Virus record (IMG/VR): IMGVR_UViG_3300032308_002578
Span: 23,751 to 87,750 of that record
Length of the DNA: 64,000 nucleotides
Reading direction: 5' to 3' (one strand)
Source: a virus
This document shows, in pieces, positions 1-9,251 of this stretch (the stretch's first letter is position 1; each line of letters begins with the position of its first letter). The position numbers were made by a program, and so were the translations under genes. The notes below the pieces were generated by a model, which saw only the letters and a program-made list of their open reading frames with translations, had not been told where the DNA came from and did no database searches.

Positions 1-129
1 TTAACCGTATCGGGCGAATTGCGTATTACGAATCTTGAAAAAGGCATACTGCAAGTAATGGGCAAAAATAAACAACCGACGGCGACGCCCGGCGGCGGCT
101 CGCCCATATACGGCGCGACACAGCAATAA
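1..129 (+). CDS. 3' end of an upstream gene (partial), possibly a tail/tape-measure-type protein
   Basis: Frame +1 is open from the window edge (LTVSGELRITNLEKG...GATQQ) to TAA at 127-129; function inferred from position only. Confidence 0.45.
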   Translation, partial: LTVSGELRITNLEKGILQVMGKNKQPTATPGGGSPIYGATQQ

Positions 130-143
130 TAAAGGTAATTAGT

Positions 144-734
144 ATGTCACTCGTATTTACTCCCTGCGCCGGCGTCGTCGAGATCAAACGCACGTGGTGT
201 GGCGACGACACATTTTTCACTCTCAAAGTAGACGGACAAGAAATTAACGGCATTGCTACCGGCATTGAAATTGAAATGTCCGGCAATTATCAGTTCCAGC
301 ACACGGTCAACAATTTCATCTATTTTTATGCGTTTGGTGACCGCATTGGCTCGATCAATGTTACGGGTATTGGCTTCGTAAAAGGTTGCGGTAGCTCGCG
401 CTGGAACAATATTTTCGACGTGCAGAAAAAAGGCGAACTGCTGCAATTGTATGATTATTACATGCAGCATCGAGCCGCGGCCAGCGGTAACAAATCGTCG
501 AAATTAACCATCTCTAGCGCGGACGGCGGCACCAAAACACTGCGCGGGTTTTTAACCGGTATGCGCATGGACATCAAAGCCACGGAAGCACTCGGCACTG
601 TTGGTTACTGGACGTTCCGCTTCGAAGTTATTCCCGAAAGACCAAACACCGCTTTTCGCTTTCCTGTCGCTTTCGGGCCCGGCGGCAATGCGTCAAGCGG
701 CGCCGGTGCAACAGACGTTGGAATAGGTAGATAG
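144..734 (+). CDS. hypothetical virion/tail-associated protein
   Basis: 196-aa ORF, tightly coupled to the next gene, beta-rich. Confidence 0.7.
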   Translation: MSLVFTPCAGVVEIKRTWCGDDTFFTLKVDGQEINGIATGIEIEMSGNYQFQHTVNNFIYFYAFGDRIGSINVTGIGFVKGCGSSRWNNIFDVQKKGELLQLYDYYMQHRAAASGNKSSKLTISSADGGTKTLRGFLTGMRMDIKATEALGTVGYWTFRFEVIPERPNTAFRFPVAFGPGGNASSGAGATDVGIGR

Positions 735-735
735 C

Positions 736-1719
736 ATGATCAACCACGCGCGCACCCTGCTGCTGAACGTCAGCCCGCAGAAAAACCAACGACAAGACGC
801 CGGCTATGAATACATGTCAGCCGCGTTTTGGCCCAGTACGTTGTCGCCCGCGCTCGCCGCGGTCTACAAGATCCTGTTCGGTCGCCAGCCAGACATGTAC
901 TTCTTGAATCTGCGCGCCCGCGAACTGCTCACGTATGTTCACCAAACGGAACTGGCTGACTACGTTTACAAACTCGACCCGCGCGTCACGTATTGGCCGA
1001 CGACAGACGCTGCGTTTTTTGAAAACGCCAAGGCGACACTGGTCGTCACGCAAACTGTCGGGCCGCCGCTGCCGCTGAACTGGGGCGGCGGTTTCGTTGC
1101 CAGTAACTCGCTGGGCGTCACCACGAAGCAATTTGAGATCACAGCCAGCAACACAGACGCCATCTACATAAGCATCCGTGATCTAAACAGCCTTACCGCG
1201 CCGCAGGTTACACTGCTGCCCGATCCGATGCAGCCGCCCACGATTCCGTTGCCTGAGACAAACCTGCAGTTCAAATTCAACCCGCAGGTTACGACCGAAG
1301 TCTACGCCACACTAACCGAACTCGAACAACTGCTTATTCTGGAGCAGTACGACGCGGAAATCGGACTCGGGCTTGATCCGGCCGTGATCGTGCAACCGCA
1401 GCCGCCGGCAATGCCGTTTAAAGAGCGGCGGCCTATCTTGCGCATGACAGGGCAGTCGCTGCCCCAAGGCGTAGACACAGCCAAGTGGCTCGTGACAGCG
1501 CGCGCAAACCCACAACCAGCAATTACCTCGGTCCTGCCTGTGTTAGAGATTCTGGGTGAACCGTTGTTTCTAGAGTTGTTTGGCGTTGCGCCCGTTGAGC
1601 CGTACGCTACCTTTAAAAACCTGTGGTTTGACCACCCGTTGTCCGCGTATCGACTGGCTGGGCTTGTGCTGGCATTTATTTACCGAGCCGAGGAACTGCG
1701 AAAGGCAAATGATGGCTGA
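736..1719 (+). CDS. hypothetical structural protein
   Basis: 327-aa ORF in a coupled operon. Confidence 0.75.
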   Translation: MINHARTLLLNVSPQKNQRQDAGYEYMSAAFWPSTLSPALAAVYKILFGRQPDMYFLNLRARELLTYVHQTELADYVYKLDPRVTYWPTTDAAFFENAKATLVVTQTVGPPLPLNWGGGFVASNSLGVTTKQFEITASNTDAIYISIRDLNSLTAPQVTLLPDPMQPPTIPLPETNLQFKFNPQVTTEVYATLTELEQLLILEQYDAEIGLGLDPAVIVQPQPPAMPFKERRPILRMTGQSLPQGVDTAKWLVTARANPQPAITSVLPVLEILGEPLFLELFGVAPVEPYATFKNLWFDHPLSAYRLAGLVLAFIYRAEELRKANDG

Positions 1720-3385
1720 AAATTTTGTCCGGTCTGAATTTGAACTAACGGCAGAATTCACCGACGCAAAGTCCGGTGCGAGGAAAGCACTGTTTAAAGA
1801 CATCCTTTCGATTTCGGCTACGTTTGCGCTGAATTCAATTCCGGTTGCGTCCCTTGTGGTCGCGTGCGGGCGGAACGTGTCAGACAAGTCGCAGCCCGCC
1901 ACCATTGACGCCGCGCTAAAAGTGTTAAAGCCGCGCGACAAGGTCAAAGTTACGCTGACAATCAGGACAAACGACGGCGAGACAAGTTTAATGCCCGAGG
2001 GTCGCGGCGTAATTTTCGACGGGTATTACGCCGGTGCGGGCTATCAGCGGTCAAATAATTCGGTTAGTTATGCGCTGCATTTGATTCATTGGTTGGACGA
2101 TTTAAACTGCTCTTCCATGATCAACGGCAACTGGCACCCCGGCGTGCCGCACGATTTGGCGCAAGCCGCCAACTCTGACGTGGCGCTCATGCGCGGCGGT
2201 GCGGACTGGACAGGCAAGAATAAAGGTCTGACAAATCCCGTGCCGATTGTGGACGCGACAGGAAGCATTATTAATAAATCCAACATGCAAGATGATTTAT
2301 GGGAAAAAGTCCTCAAGCCCATGTTCAAAGAAATCGCGTCGTTCAGCCACCCCCGCGAGCAAAACTACGCGCGAGACAATAACCCGCTTACAAACGGCAA
2401 CAACGCGGCGGCATTACTGGCGCTGGAGCGCATGCCTGGCACGGCGCCTTTTCCGGGAAAACTGCCGCTCTTTATGGGCGGCGTAAACGCCAAGGCTATC
2501 GCTGACGGCGCAAACAAAGGGATTAGCGGTATCGCCAAAAACGGAATGGCCTACTCGTCATTCTGGAGCAAACTCGTCGGCGAATATGCGCCTGAATTTT
2601 TGTTTGCCGTGTCGCCGTGCCCTGAGTTTGCAAACGTTGTTCCGTTCTTTGGCGGTCTTCGTGGCTACTGGAAAGAGATCGACGGCCGGGAATATACCTA
2701 CGCGAATTTTGATTCCAACCTCGCGAGCCTTATTGAGTCGATCGAGATTCGGTATTCTCAAAAGGCCACGTCTAATTGGGCGCTTGGCGGCAGAGCCCCC
2801 GGGCTTTCATATTTCAGGCCGTGGGGTCGGTTTCCAAAAAAGAATAATGATCTCCGCGGCCAAATTATCGTAAAAGATCCGCCGGGTTGGCTGGCAAACG
2901 CTATTTCGCAGGGCGCATTCTCGCCACTGACGACCGGCTTTGGTCGACGCCTTGGCGACACTGCGTGCCCCGGCAAGGGCCCCGAAGATACGCCGGCGGG
3001 TGTGCTCCGCCCGGCGGACGCTGAAAAAGATGTAGAGAAATCGAACATCGTCAACATATTTTGCGAGCACTGGTACAAAACTGAAGTGCTCTCTAAGCGG
3101 TACGGTGAAATGTCTGGAAAGTTACGTTTTGACATTGCACCCGGCAGCATTGTCAAAATTAAAGAGCCAGATCTAAGCGCCGGTAGCGAACTCACGACAT
3201 ACGCCGCTGTCACGCATGTGTCATTTTTGATTAACACAGAGCAACACACAGCCGGCACGTCGTTTACACTATTAAATCTGCGGTCGGAACTTGAGAACAA
3301 CGACGATTTATTTACAAGCGCTGCGCCGCCCCTGTACCCGACCGCAAAGTGGGTTGGCGGGCCGCTGGTAAGAGGGTTATCCTGA
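1709..3385 (+). CDS. putative baseplate hub/tail protein (gp27/gpD-like, tentative)
   Basis: ATG ATG at 1709/1712; VIFDGY near the N-terminus and C-terminal G.LRFDIAPGSIVKI...VTHVSF resemble hub proteins; upstream of baseplate genes. Confidence 0.5.
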   Translation: MMAENFVRSEFELTAEFTDAKSGARKALFKDILSISATFALNSIPVASLVVACGRNVSDKSQPATIDAALKVLKPRDKVKVTLTIRTNDGETSLMPEGRGVIFDGYYAGAGYQRSNNSVSYALHLIHWLDDLNCSSMINGNWHPGVPHDLAQAANSDVALMRGGADWTGKNKGLTNPVPIVDATGSIINKSNMQDDLWEKVLKPMFKEIASFSHPREQNYARDNNPLTNGNNAAALLALERMPGTAPFPGKLPLFMGGVNAKAIADGANKGISGIAKNGMAYSSFWSKLVGEYAPEFLFAVSPCPEFANVVPFFGGLRGYWKEIDGREYTYANFDSNLASLIESIEIRYSQKATSNWALGGRAPGLSYFRPWGRFPKKNNDLRGQIIVKDPPGWLANAISQGAFSPLTTGFGRRLGDTACPGKGPEDTPAGVLRPADAEKDVEKSNIVNIFCEHWYKTEVLSKRYGEMSGKLRFDIAPGSIVKIKEPDLSAGSELTTYAAVTHVSFLINTEQHTAGTSFTLLNLRSELENNDDLFTSAAPPLYPTAKWVGGPLVRGLS

Positions 3386-4197
3386 TGCCAACACAGCCGC
3401 AACCAAAAGGTATGCCGTCTATCCTCGGTGACGTAGATGCGCCGTTCTCTGCCCCAACCCGGATTACCGGCGTTGCGGATGACTTCACGGACATTCACAC
3501 CCAGTGGCTGAAAAACAAGACGCCAGACACGAACACGCAACTGCTGAAACGCGTGCAGCCCGTGATCGACACGGCTGTCAGCAGTTACGGCGGCGCATCT
3601 TCCAGTCCTGTGTTTAAGTCGCGCGCGCGACTAATGGCGCTAAAAGCCATGGAGACGTACGACCCCAAGCGCGGTAACGTCAGAACACACCTCCTGTCGC
3701 AACTGCAGAGTCTCCGCCGCTTGTCCGCGCAGGAGCAGAACATCATTTCGATTCCGGAGCAGGTCGGGTTGGACTACCAGCGGCTCCACGCCGCCGAGAA
3801 CGAACTGCGCGACAGTCTTAGCCGCGACCCTAGTGACGAGGAACTGGCTGACGCCACGGGCCTGTCGATCAAGCGGCTGCGAAAAGTGCGCGCGTTTAAC
3901 CAGCCGATTGCGTCCGGTACCACAGTGCGCGAAACAGCCGAAGAAAACTACGACGGCGACATCGCTAGTTCTATCCCAAACCAGAACCGGTCAGCGGATG
4001 CGTGGCTGGATTTTGTATATGGCGATTTGACACCCACGGATCGGCTCGTTATGGACATGACGCTCGGCAGAAACGGCCGGAGGCGCGCCAGCACGCAAGA
4101 CATCGCGGCTCGTTTAAATATCACGCCGGGCGCTGTCAGCCAGCGCGCAGCCAAAATTCAGGCCATGATCGACAAAAGGTACGAGCACAATTTTTAA
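3385..4197 (+). CDS. RNA polymerase sigma-70 family factor (FliA/SigB-like architecture)
   Basis: Region 2 (ALKAMETYDPKRG), region 3 (LRDSLSRDPSDEELADATGLS), region 4 HTH (STQDIAARLNITPGAVSQR); TGATG coupling. Confidence 0.88.
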   Translation: MPTQPQPKGMPSILGDVDAPFSAPTRITGVADDFTDIHTQWLKNKTPDTNTQLLKRVQPVIDTAVSSYGGASSSPVFKSRARLMALKAMETYDPKRGNVRTHLLSQLQSLRRLSAQEQNIISIPEQVGLDYQRLHAAENELRDSLSRDPSDEELADATGLSIKRLRKVRAFNQPIASGTTVRETAEENYDGDIASSIPNQNRSADAWLDFVYGDLTPTDRLVMDMTLGRNGRRRASTQDIAARLNITPGAVSQRAAKIQAMIDKRYEHNF

Positions 4198-4206
4198 GGA
4201 AACGCC

Positions 4207-4719
4207 ATGGCGCACGGAACTAAAAAAGGCCAAGTTGATTCGCAATTCGAGAATCGCGTTAACGAACTCGAGGCGTGCGCTAAAAGCATGGCGTATCAAT
4301 TCAAAACTTTTAACGACTACCGCCTGTGGCATACACCCAAGGGGACCGGAGATTTGCTGGACGTGCCTGCGCTGCACATTCCAGCGTGGGAGCGTAACAA
4401 AATCAACGAACTGTACTCCGAAACTATTTTGGCGGGCACCGGTGACGAAAGCGGCACCTGCGGCGATCTAATCGCTATGAAGTGGCAGGCTGATTTTATG
4501 GCTGCCGAAGAGCGGGCGTTTAGGACACGGCACGCCAGTTACGCCCGCTGTGCTTCATTGATGCACGGGCGGCTCAAAGGTCACGGTACCGAGAAATTTG
4601 GTATTTTTTCGTTTTTGAGAGACGCCATCCAGACGCACATCGACGTGGGCGGCCTGTACAGCCCATACGACGGCTCCCTCGGCATCGATCCGAGCGGCGG
4701 CATTTCAACACAGGTATAG
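4207..4719 (+). CDS. hypothetical protein
   Basis: 170-aa ORF with AAGGA RBS. Confidence 0.75.
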   Translation: MAHGTKKGQVDSQFENRVNELEACAKSMAYQFKTFNDYRLWHTPKGTGDLLDVPALHIPAWERNKINELYSETILAGTGDESGTCGDLIAMKWQADFMAAEERAFRTRHASYARCASLMHGRLKGHGTEKFGIFSFLRDAIQTHIDVGGLYSPYDGSLGIDPSGGISTQV

Positions 4720-4726
4720 GTGGCCC

Positions 4727-5194
4727 ATGAGTTTACAAGACTACGCACAACGTAAATACGACTACCTCGGGCTGCGAAATGTAAATCCAGCCAAAGAGGC
4801 CAAACTTGGCCTTGAGTTGTTTAACACTGCCAGTAACGGACAGATCTGTGTCGGCGTGCAAAAACTAGCCCAGCGTTGGCTGCTGGAGTTTATGACCGAA
4901 GTTGGGTCGATGCCCGGGCTGTCTGACCGCGGTTGCGACTTTATGACGTACGTCCGCCAAGGTCGCCTGCGCACACAAATCGAGGTGCAGGCGCTGTTTT
5001 CGGCTGCCGAACTTGACGTGCGTCGCAACCTGCAGCGAGAAGAATACGCCGGCATGCCTAACGACGAGCGCCTTAATTTCGCCGAGTTATTGTCGTCGTC
5101 GATTCTGCCGGGTTATTTACAGATTCGTGTTAAAATTAACAACGTTCTAGGCGACACGCGTGAGATCATCGTGCCGGTCTCGACACTTCCGTAG
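4727..5194 (+). CDS. baseplate wedge protein, gp25/gpW-like
   Basis: GVQKLAQRWLLEFMTEVGSMP...RGCDF pattern and size; directly before the baseplate-J-like gene. Confidence 0.7.
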   Translation: MSLQDYAQRKYDYLGLRNVNPAKEAKLGLELFNTASNGQICVGVQKLAQRWLLEFMTEVGSMPGLSDRGCDFMTYVRQGRLRTQIEVQALFSAAELDVRRNLQREEYAGMPNDERLNFAELLSSSILPGYLQIRVKINNVLGDTREIIVPVSTLP

Positions 5195-5202
5195 GGTGAA
5201 AC

Positions 5203-6852
5203 ATGGCTATTGAAATCGCAAGTTTGAGCGAACTGGATACTGCAAAAGTTGAGCAAATGGTTGCGAAACTTGCGCAGTATATGCAGGAGCGGCATCCGGA
5301 AGTGGAGTTGACCCGCGGCGTGTTTCATGACCTCGTGCTGTACTTCAACGGTGTTCTGAATGCGGCTATCCAAGAGAACATCGACCGGGTGCGGCAAAGC
5401 CAAAGCCTGTACGCCATCACGCAGAATCCGGCCCTTGCGGAGCCGGCTATCGTCGATCAGGTACTGTCGAACTACAACCTGACCCGAGACGCAGGCACAC
5501 CAGCCACCGGCGTAGTAACGCTGTTGCTTAATTTGCCGCTTACCACTCGACTGACGACAGACGCGCTGTTCACGGCAAACGACGTGCAGTTCGCGCCTAC
5601 GCAGAACTTTACCGCACTGCCGCCCGGGTCGACGCCAACCAACGACGGCGACCGCGTCATGATCGACGTAGGCGACGGTACGTATGCGATCAACATCACG
5701 GCGCAGGCACTGACAGTCGGCGCAGCGGGTAATATTCGTCGGGGCGTCACCGTGACACCGAACTTCGTGACCAACAACACGCTGGCGGCATTTGCGGCGT
5801 CGGACTTCATCGACGGACGCGACCCGCTGACCAACGCCGAGTACATCCAGAAGTTGCCCGAGGCGCTAGCGGCCAAGACGGTCGGCGGCCGGGCCAGTTA
5901 CACCGCTACGATCAAAGCGCAACCGGCGTTTCAGAACATCAAACACCTGTCGATTCTCGGCTGCGGCGACGCTGAACAACAACGCGATCAACACAGCCTG
6001 TTTCCGATCTCCGGCGGCGGGAAGATTGACGTCTACGCGCAGACGAACAGTTATGCTCAAGAAACAGAGCACTTGCTGCGCGCGACATTCATCGGCACGT
6101 CGGCAAACGGGACGATTTGGCAGGTTACGCTGGACAAGAATACGTCGGCTGGGTTTTATGAGGTGCGCCGAATAGCCGCCGCAAATGACACGACAAGTTC
6201 TGGCTATCAGATCCTCACGGACGTCCGCGGCGTAGACACGGCTGACGCGCTGTTCGTGCCCGATATGCGCTATCTGGCCGAGACAGCCTACACGCGCTAC
6301 CAGACCGCCGTGATCCAGTTCGAGGACCCGGACGTACCCACAGCCGGACTTGTGCCGAACGTTAGCAAGGCGTACTACCGCGTGCGTACGGTCGGCCTGC
6401 CGCTGGTGGCCGAACTGAACGACTTCCTGACCACGCGCGACCGGCGACCACGCGGCACCGACATTCTGGTCAAAGCCGCGGTGCCGTGTTTCACCAAGAT
6501 TGCGTTCCAGATCAGGACCGAGACTAACGACACGATTACAGACGCCACCATCGCTGAAATCAAACAAGCGGTGGTAGACGCCGCGGCTAAGGTTGGCTTC
6601 TCTGGCCAACTCCACGCCTCAATCGTCGACAGCGCTGCGCACAAGTACCTATCTGGCCGGCAGGTGGTCAGCAAAATCGACATGTTTGGGCGGATTCGTC
6701 GGCCAGACGGCTCTGCGGCGTATCTGCGCGACCCGGCGGTGCTGACGATCCCGAACGACCCGGCACGCTTGGTGACTGGCAGGACGACTGTATTTCTTGT
6801 AGGGGTCGACGACGTTTCAGTATCAGTCGCCGCGGCTGGCTTTCTGAATTGA
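5203..6852 (+). CDS. baseplate J/gp47-like protein
   Basis: YNLTRDAGTPATGVV, ITAQALTVGAAGNI, DGRDPLTNAEY and GGKIDVY motifs typical of baseplate J. Confidence 0.8.
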   Translation: MAIEIASLSELDTAKVEQMVAKLAQYMQERHPEVELTRGVFHDLVLYFNGVLNAAIQENIDRVRQSQSLYAITQNPALAEPAIVDQVLSNYNLTRDAGTPATGVVTLLLNLPLTTRLTTDALFTANDVQFAPTQNFTALPPGSTPTNDGDRVMIDVGDGTYAINITAQALTVGAAGNIRRGVTVTPNFVTNNTLAAFAASDFIDGRDPLTNAEYIQKLPEALAAKTVGGRASYTATIKAQPAFQNIKHLSILGCGDAEQQRDQHSLFPISGGGKIDVYAQTNSYAQETEHLLRATFIGTSANGTIWQVTLDKNTSAGFYEVRRIAAANDTTSSGYQILTDVRGVDTADALFVPDMRYLAETAYTRYQTAVIQFEDPDVPTAGLVPNVSKAYYRVRTVGLPLVAELNDFLTTRDRRPRGTDILVKAAVPCFTKIAFQIRTETNDTITDATIAEIKQAVVDAAAKVGFSGQLHASIVDSAAHKYLSGRQVVSKIDMFGRIRRPDGSAAYLRDPAVLTIPNDPARLVTGRTTVFLVGVDDVSVSVAAAGFLN

Positions 6853-6862
6853 TAGGGCTGCC

Positions 6863-8584
6863 ATGCAAAAACAAGAATTCGTATATCCCGGTTCAGATCT
6901 TGACCGGAGCCGCAATTTGATTGCGCTGCTCGGCAGTTTCTGGTCGCGCAACTATGCCGGGATCGATCAGATTCACTCGTACGTGGACGCAGTTGGCGAA
7001 ACGGTCACCCAGTCGTATCGGAACGTGCTGGAAGCTGCCGCAGCCGTAAGCCGGTTTGACGTTCCGCTGTTTCACGAAGAACTGCTGGTTCCCGTGACGT
7101 TAAAAAAGCGCGAATTAAACAAAGGCGTCACAAGTCGGGACTTGTTCGACCGTGGCGTAAAAACAATCGACGGTACGCTGACATTCGACCGGCCGCTGCA
7201 GAAAGAGTTCTTCGCGTTTCCCCTGCCGAAGAATCTTGTCGATGTCGCGCACTTCTTTAACCGCATCGCATTTCCGACTGCAGCGTTCGCCAAAAACATT
7301 GACTTCCTCATTGACATCGAGCGCGGCGCCATCGTTTTTGCTTCGAACCCGTTTGAGAACGCGGCGTTTATTAAGCGGTTGTACGATCACGCCGGCGGGA
7401 CAGACGAGGAAATCACGCTGTGGGGTTTCTGCGGCCAGTACGATTACAACTACGTCTTTGAGCAGTTTGCCTACGCCATCAGCCTGAAACTGAAAACCAG
7501 CCAAGGCTACAAAGATCTGACAAACGCCATTATTACGGCGCTCATTGACGGTGGCTCGACCGCAAAAACACTGGATACGGCACTGACGGCGATCTGTGGT
7601 ATTCCAGTCACAAGCGATCCGTATGAGACAGTCGAAGTCGTACAGTACGACCGACAGGGCTTATTCATAGCCACCGACCGCAACGTGTACCGGTTCAGTT
7701 ATAGCGCCACACCACTCGTGACTGTTGGGCAAAAACTTTCTGCCGGGAGTTATTTAGTGCGCGGGTTTGACGTAAGTGAGTTCTACACCGGAAACACTTA
7801 CATCGCAGCCGACAACACACAGCAAGTTATCTGTCAAAGCGTCAGCGGCACTGTCCTAGAGACAAATGAAAACGCCGATTTAACGACAGAGACTGATGAA
7901 GACCTCGTAATCAATCTGGACGCCACCACGTGCCGGCGGGTGCGGCAGGACATCTCGGCGCTCGCGCTGGATGCTGGCTTCCTGTCGGCCTGTTTCTACG
8001 GCGATCTAGTATTTGAAAACAAAGACGTACCGTTAGAGGTCGACGTCGATCATCCAAGCGGTTTTACGTACGTGAAATTTGGCCTCGGCGGCCTTCCGGC
8101 GGACGTCGAGCATTTTTTCGACGAATTACACGCGCGGGGCATACATTACGCCACGCAGCCGCCGAACCCGTGCCACCCCGGCCGCCGCCAAGGCACGCTG
8201 GCGCAAATGCTCGATAGCCGTGTGCAGCCAGAAACACAGCCAACAACCGCGCATTTACCGAATACTATTAATCCGCTGAAATTCCTCATCGAAAACGTGC
8301 TGCGTAACAACGTTTTCGTGGTCAGAATCTTCGTACCCGCGTTGGGGCAAAATCATCTCGGACTGTACAATATTAGGCACCTTCGGCAATTAATACCGCC
8401 GCAGACGGCTATGGTGGTCGTTTTTGAACTAGTTATGGATTTAGATACGATTGACGCTAACGACCATATTGCAGAGGATGTAAATACGTTTACCGGGCTG
8501 GAACCGCAGGCAGACACGATCTCCGACACCCTGCTGCGGGATATCGGGGTTACCGCGCATCTGGTGTCCGGCACGTGCCAATAA
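6863..8584 (+). CDS. putative baseplate wedge protein
   Basis: 573 aa, follows the J-like gene; C-terminal LRQLIPPQT resembles gpI/gp48-like ends. Confidence 0.55.
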   Translation: MQKQEFVYPGSDLDRSRNLIALLGSFWSRNYAGIDQIHSYVDAVGETVTQSYRNVLEAAAAVSRFDVPLFHEELLVPVTLKKRELNKGVTSRDLFDRGVKTIDGTLTFDRPLQKEFFAFPLPKNLVDVAHFFNRIAFPTAAFAKNIDFLIDIERGAIVFASNPFENAAFIKRLYDHAGGTDEEITLWGFCGQYDYNYVFEQFAYAISLKLKTSQGYKDLTNAIITALIDGGSTAKTLDTALTAICGIPVTSDPYETVEVVQYDRQGLFIATDRNVYRFSYSATPLVTVGQKLSAGSYLVRGFDVSEFYTGNTYIAADNTQQVICQSVSGTVLETNENADLTTETDEDLVINLDATTCRRVRQDISALALDAGFLSACFYGDLVFENKDVPLEVDVDHPSGFTYVKFGLGGLPADVEHFFDELHARGIHYATQPPNPCHPGRRQGTLAQMLDSRVQPETQPTTAHLPNTINPLKFLIENVLRNNVFVVRIFVPALGQNHLGLYNIRHLRQLIPPQTAMVVVFELVMDLDTIDANDHIAEDVNTFTGLEPQADTISDTLLRDIGVTAHLVSGTCQ

Positions 8585-8593
8585 GGAAACGCT

Positions 8594-9223
8594 ATGGCTA
8601 CCGACAAAATCAATGCTGGCGGGTTTGGCGTTCGTGGGCACGTCACCCTGTGGCAAGTAGACGAAAAAACCGGCCTGAAGCTCCCCCTAGGCGCGCAACC
8701 GAATCAAATTCAATATTCGTGGGGTTTTGCTGCGGCCAAGCAACTGGGCTTCCGGCCAAACCCGGAGCGCCCGAGCTACCACATTTCGGCTATGTATATC
8801 GAATTCGAAAATCAGGCTGATCCGGCGGTCGTGATCGCCGTTTCGCCGTTCGACCGAGATCTGGGGATCGGCTACTACAACGGCCTGCTCACCTCCGGCA
8901 ACCGCGACTTTCTCCGCATCCCACTCAGCGTCGAGCCGGCCACGTCGGTCTCTGCTGGGTTTGAAGCCAACCTGCCTGTTGATCAGCAGGCGAACCAACT
9001 CACGTTTTTTGTGCAGACGTCGGGCACTACGGGCGTTCACGGCAAAACATTCAGCCACGTAGTAAACAGCAAAGTGTATTCGGCTGCGCTCGTCGCCGCG
9101 CCGCACATTGGCGACCGGACGAAAGACGTAATATTTGCGCGGACAATTCTTTCGCCGGCCAATCAGGTCACAAAAGAAGCGTCATCGCAAGTCGGAATCA
9201 CATGGGACGTGGCGTTCGAATAA
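8594..9223 (+). CDS. hypothetical virion protein (baseplate/fibre attachment-like)
   Basis: 209 aa with RBS; C-terminal IFARTI...TK...ITWDVAF pattern. Confidence 0.6.
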   Translation: MATDKINAGGFGVRGHVTLWQVDEKTGLKLPLGAQPNQIQYSWGFAAAKQLGFRPNPERPSYHISAMYIEFENQADPAVVIAVSPFDRDLGIGYYNGLLTSGNRDFLRIPLSVEPATSVSAGFEANLPVDQQANQLTFFVQTSGTTGVHGKTFSHVVNSKVYSAALVAAPHIGDRTKDVIFARTILSPANQVTKEASSQVGITWDVAFE

Positions 9224-9251
9224 TCGCGTAAATATACGCCGGAGGACACGG

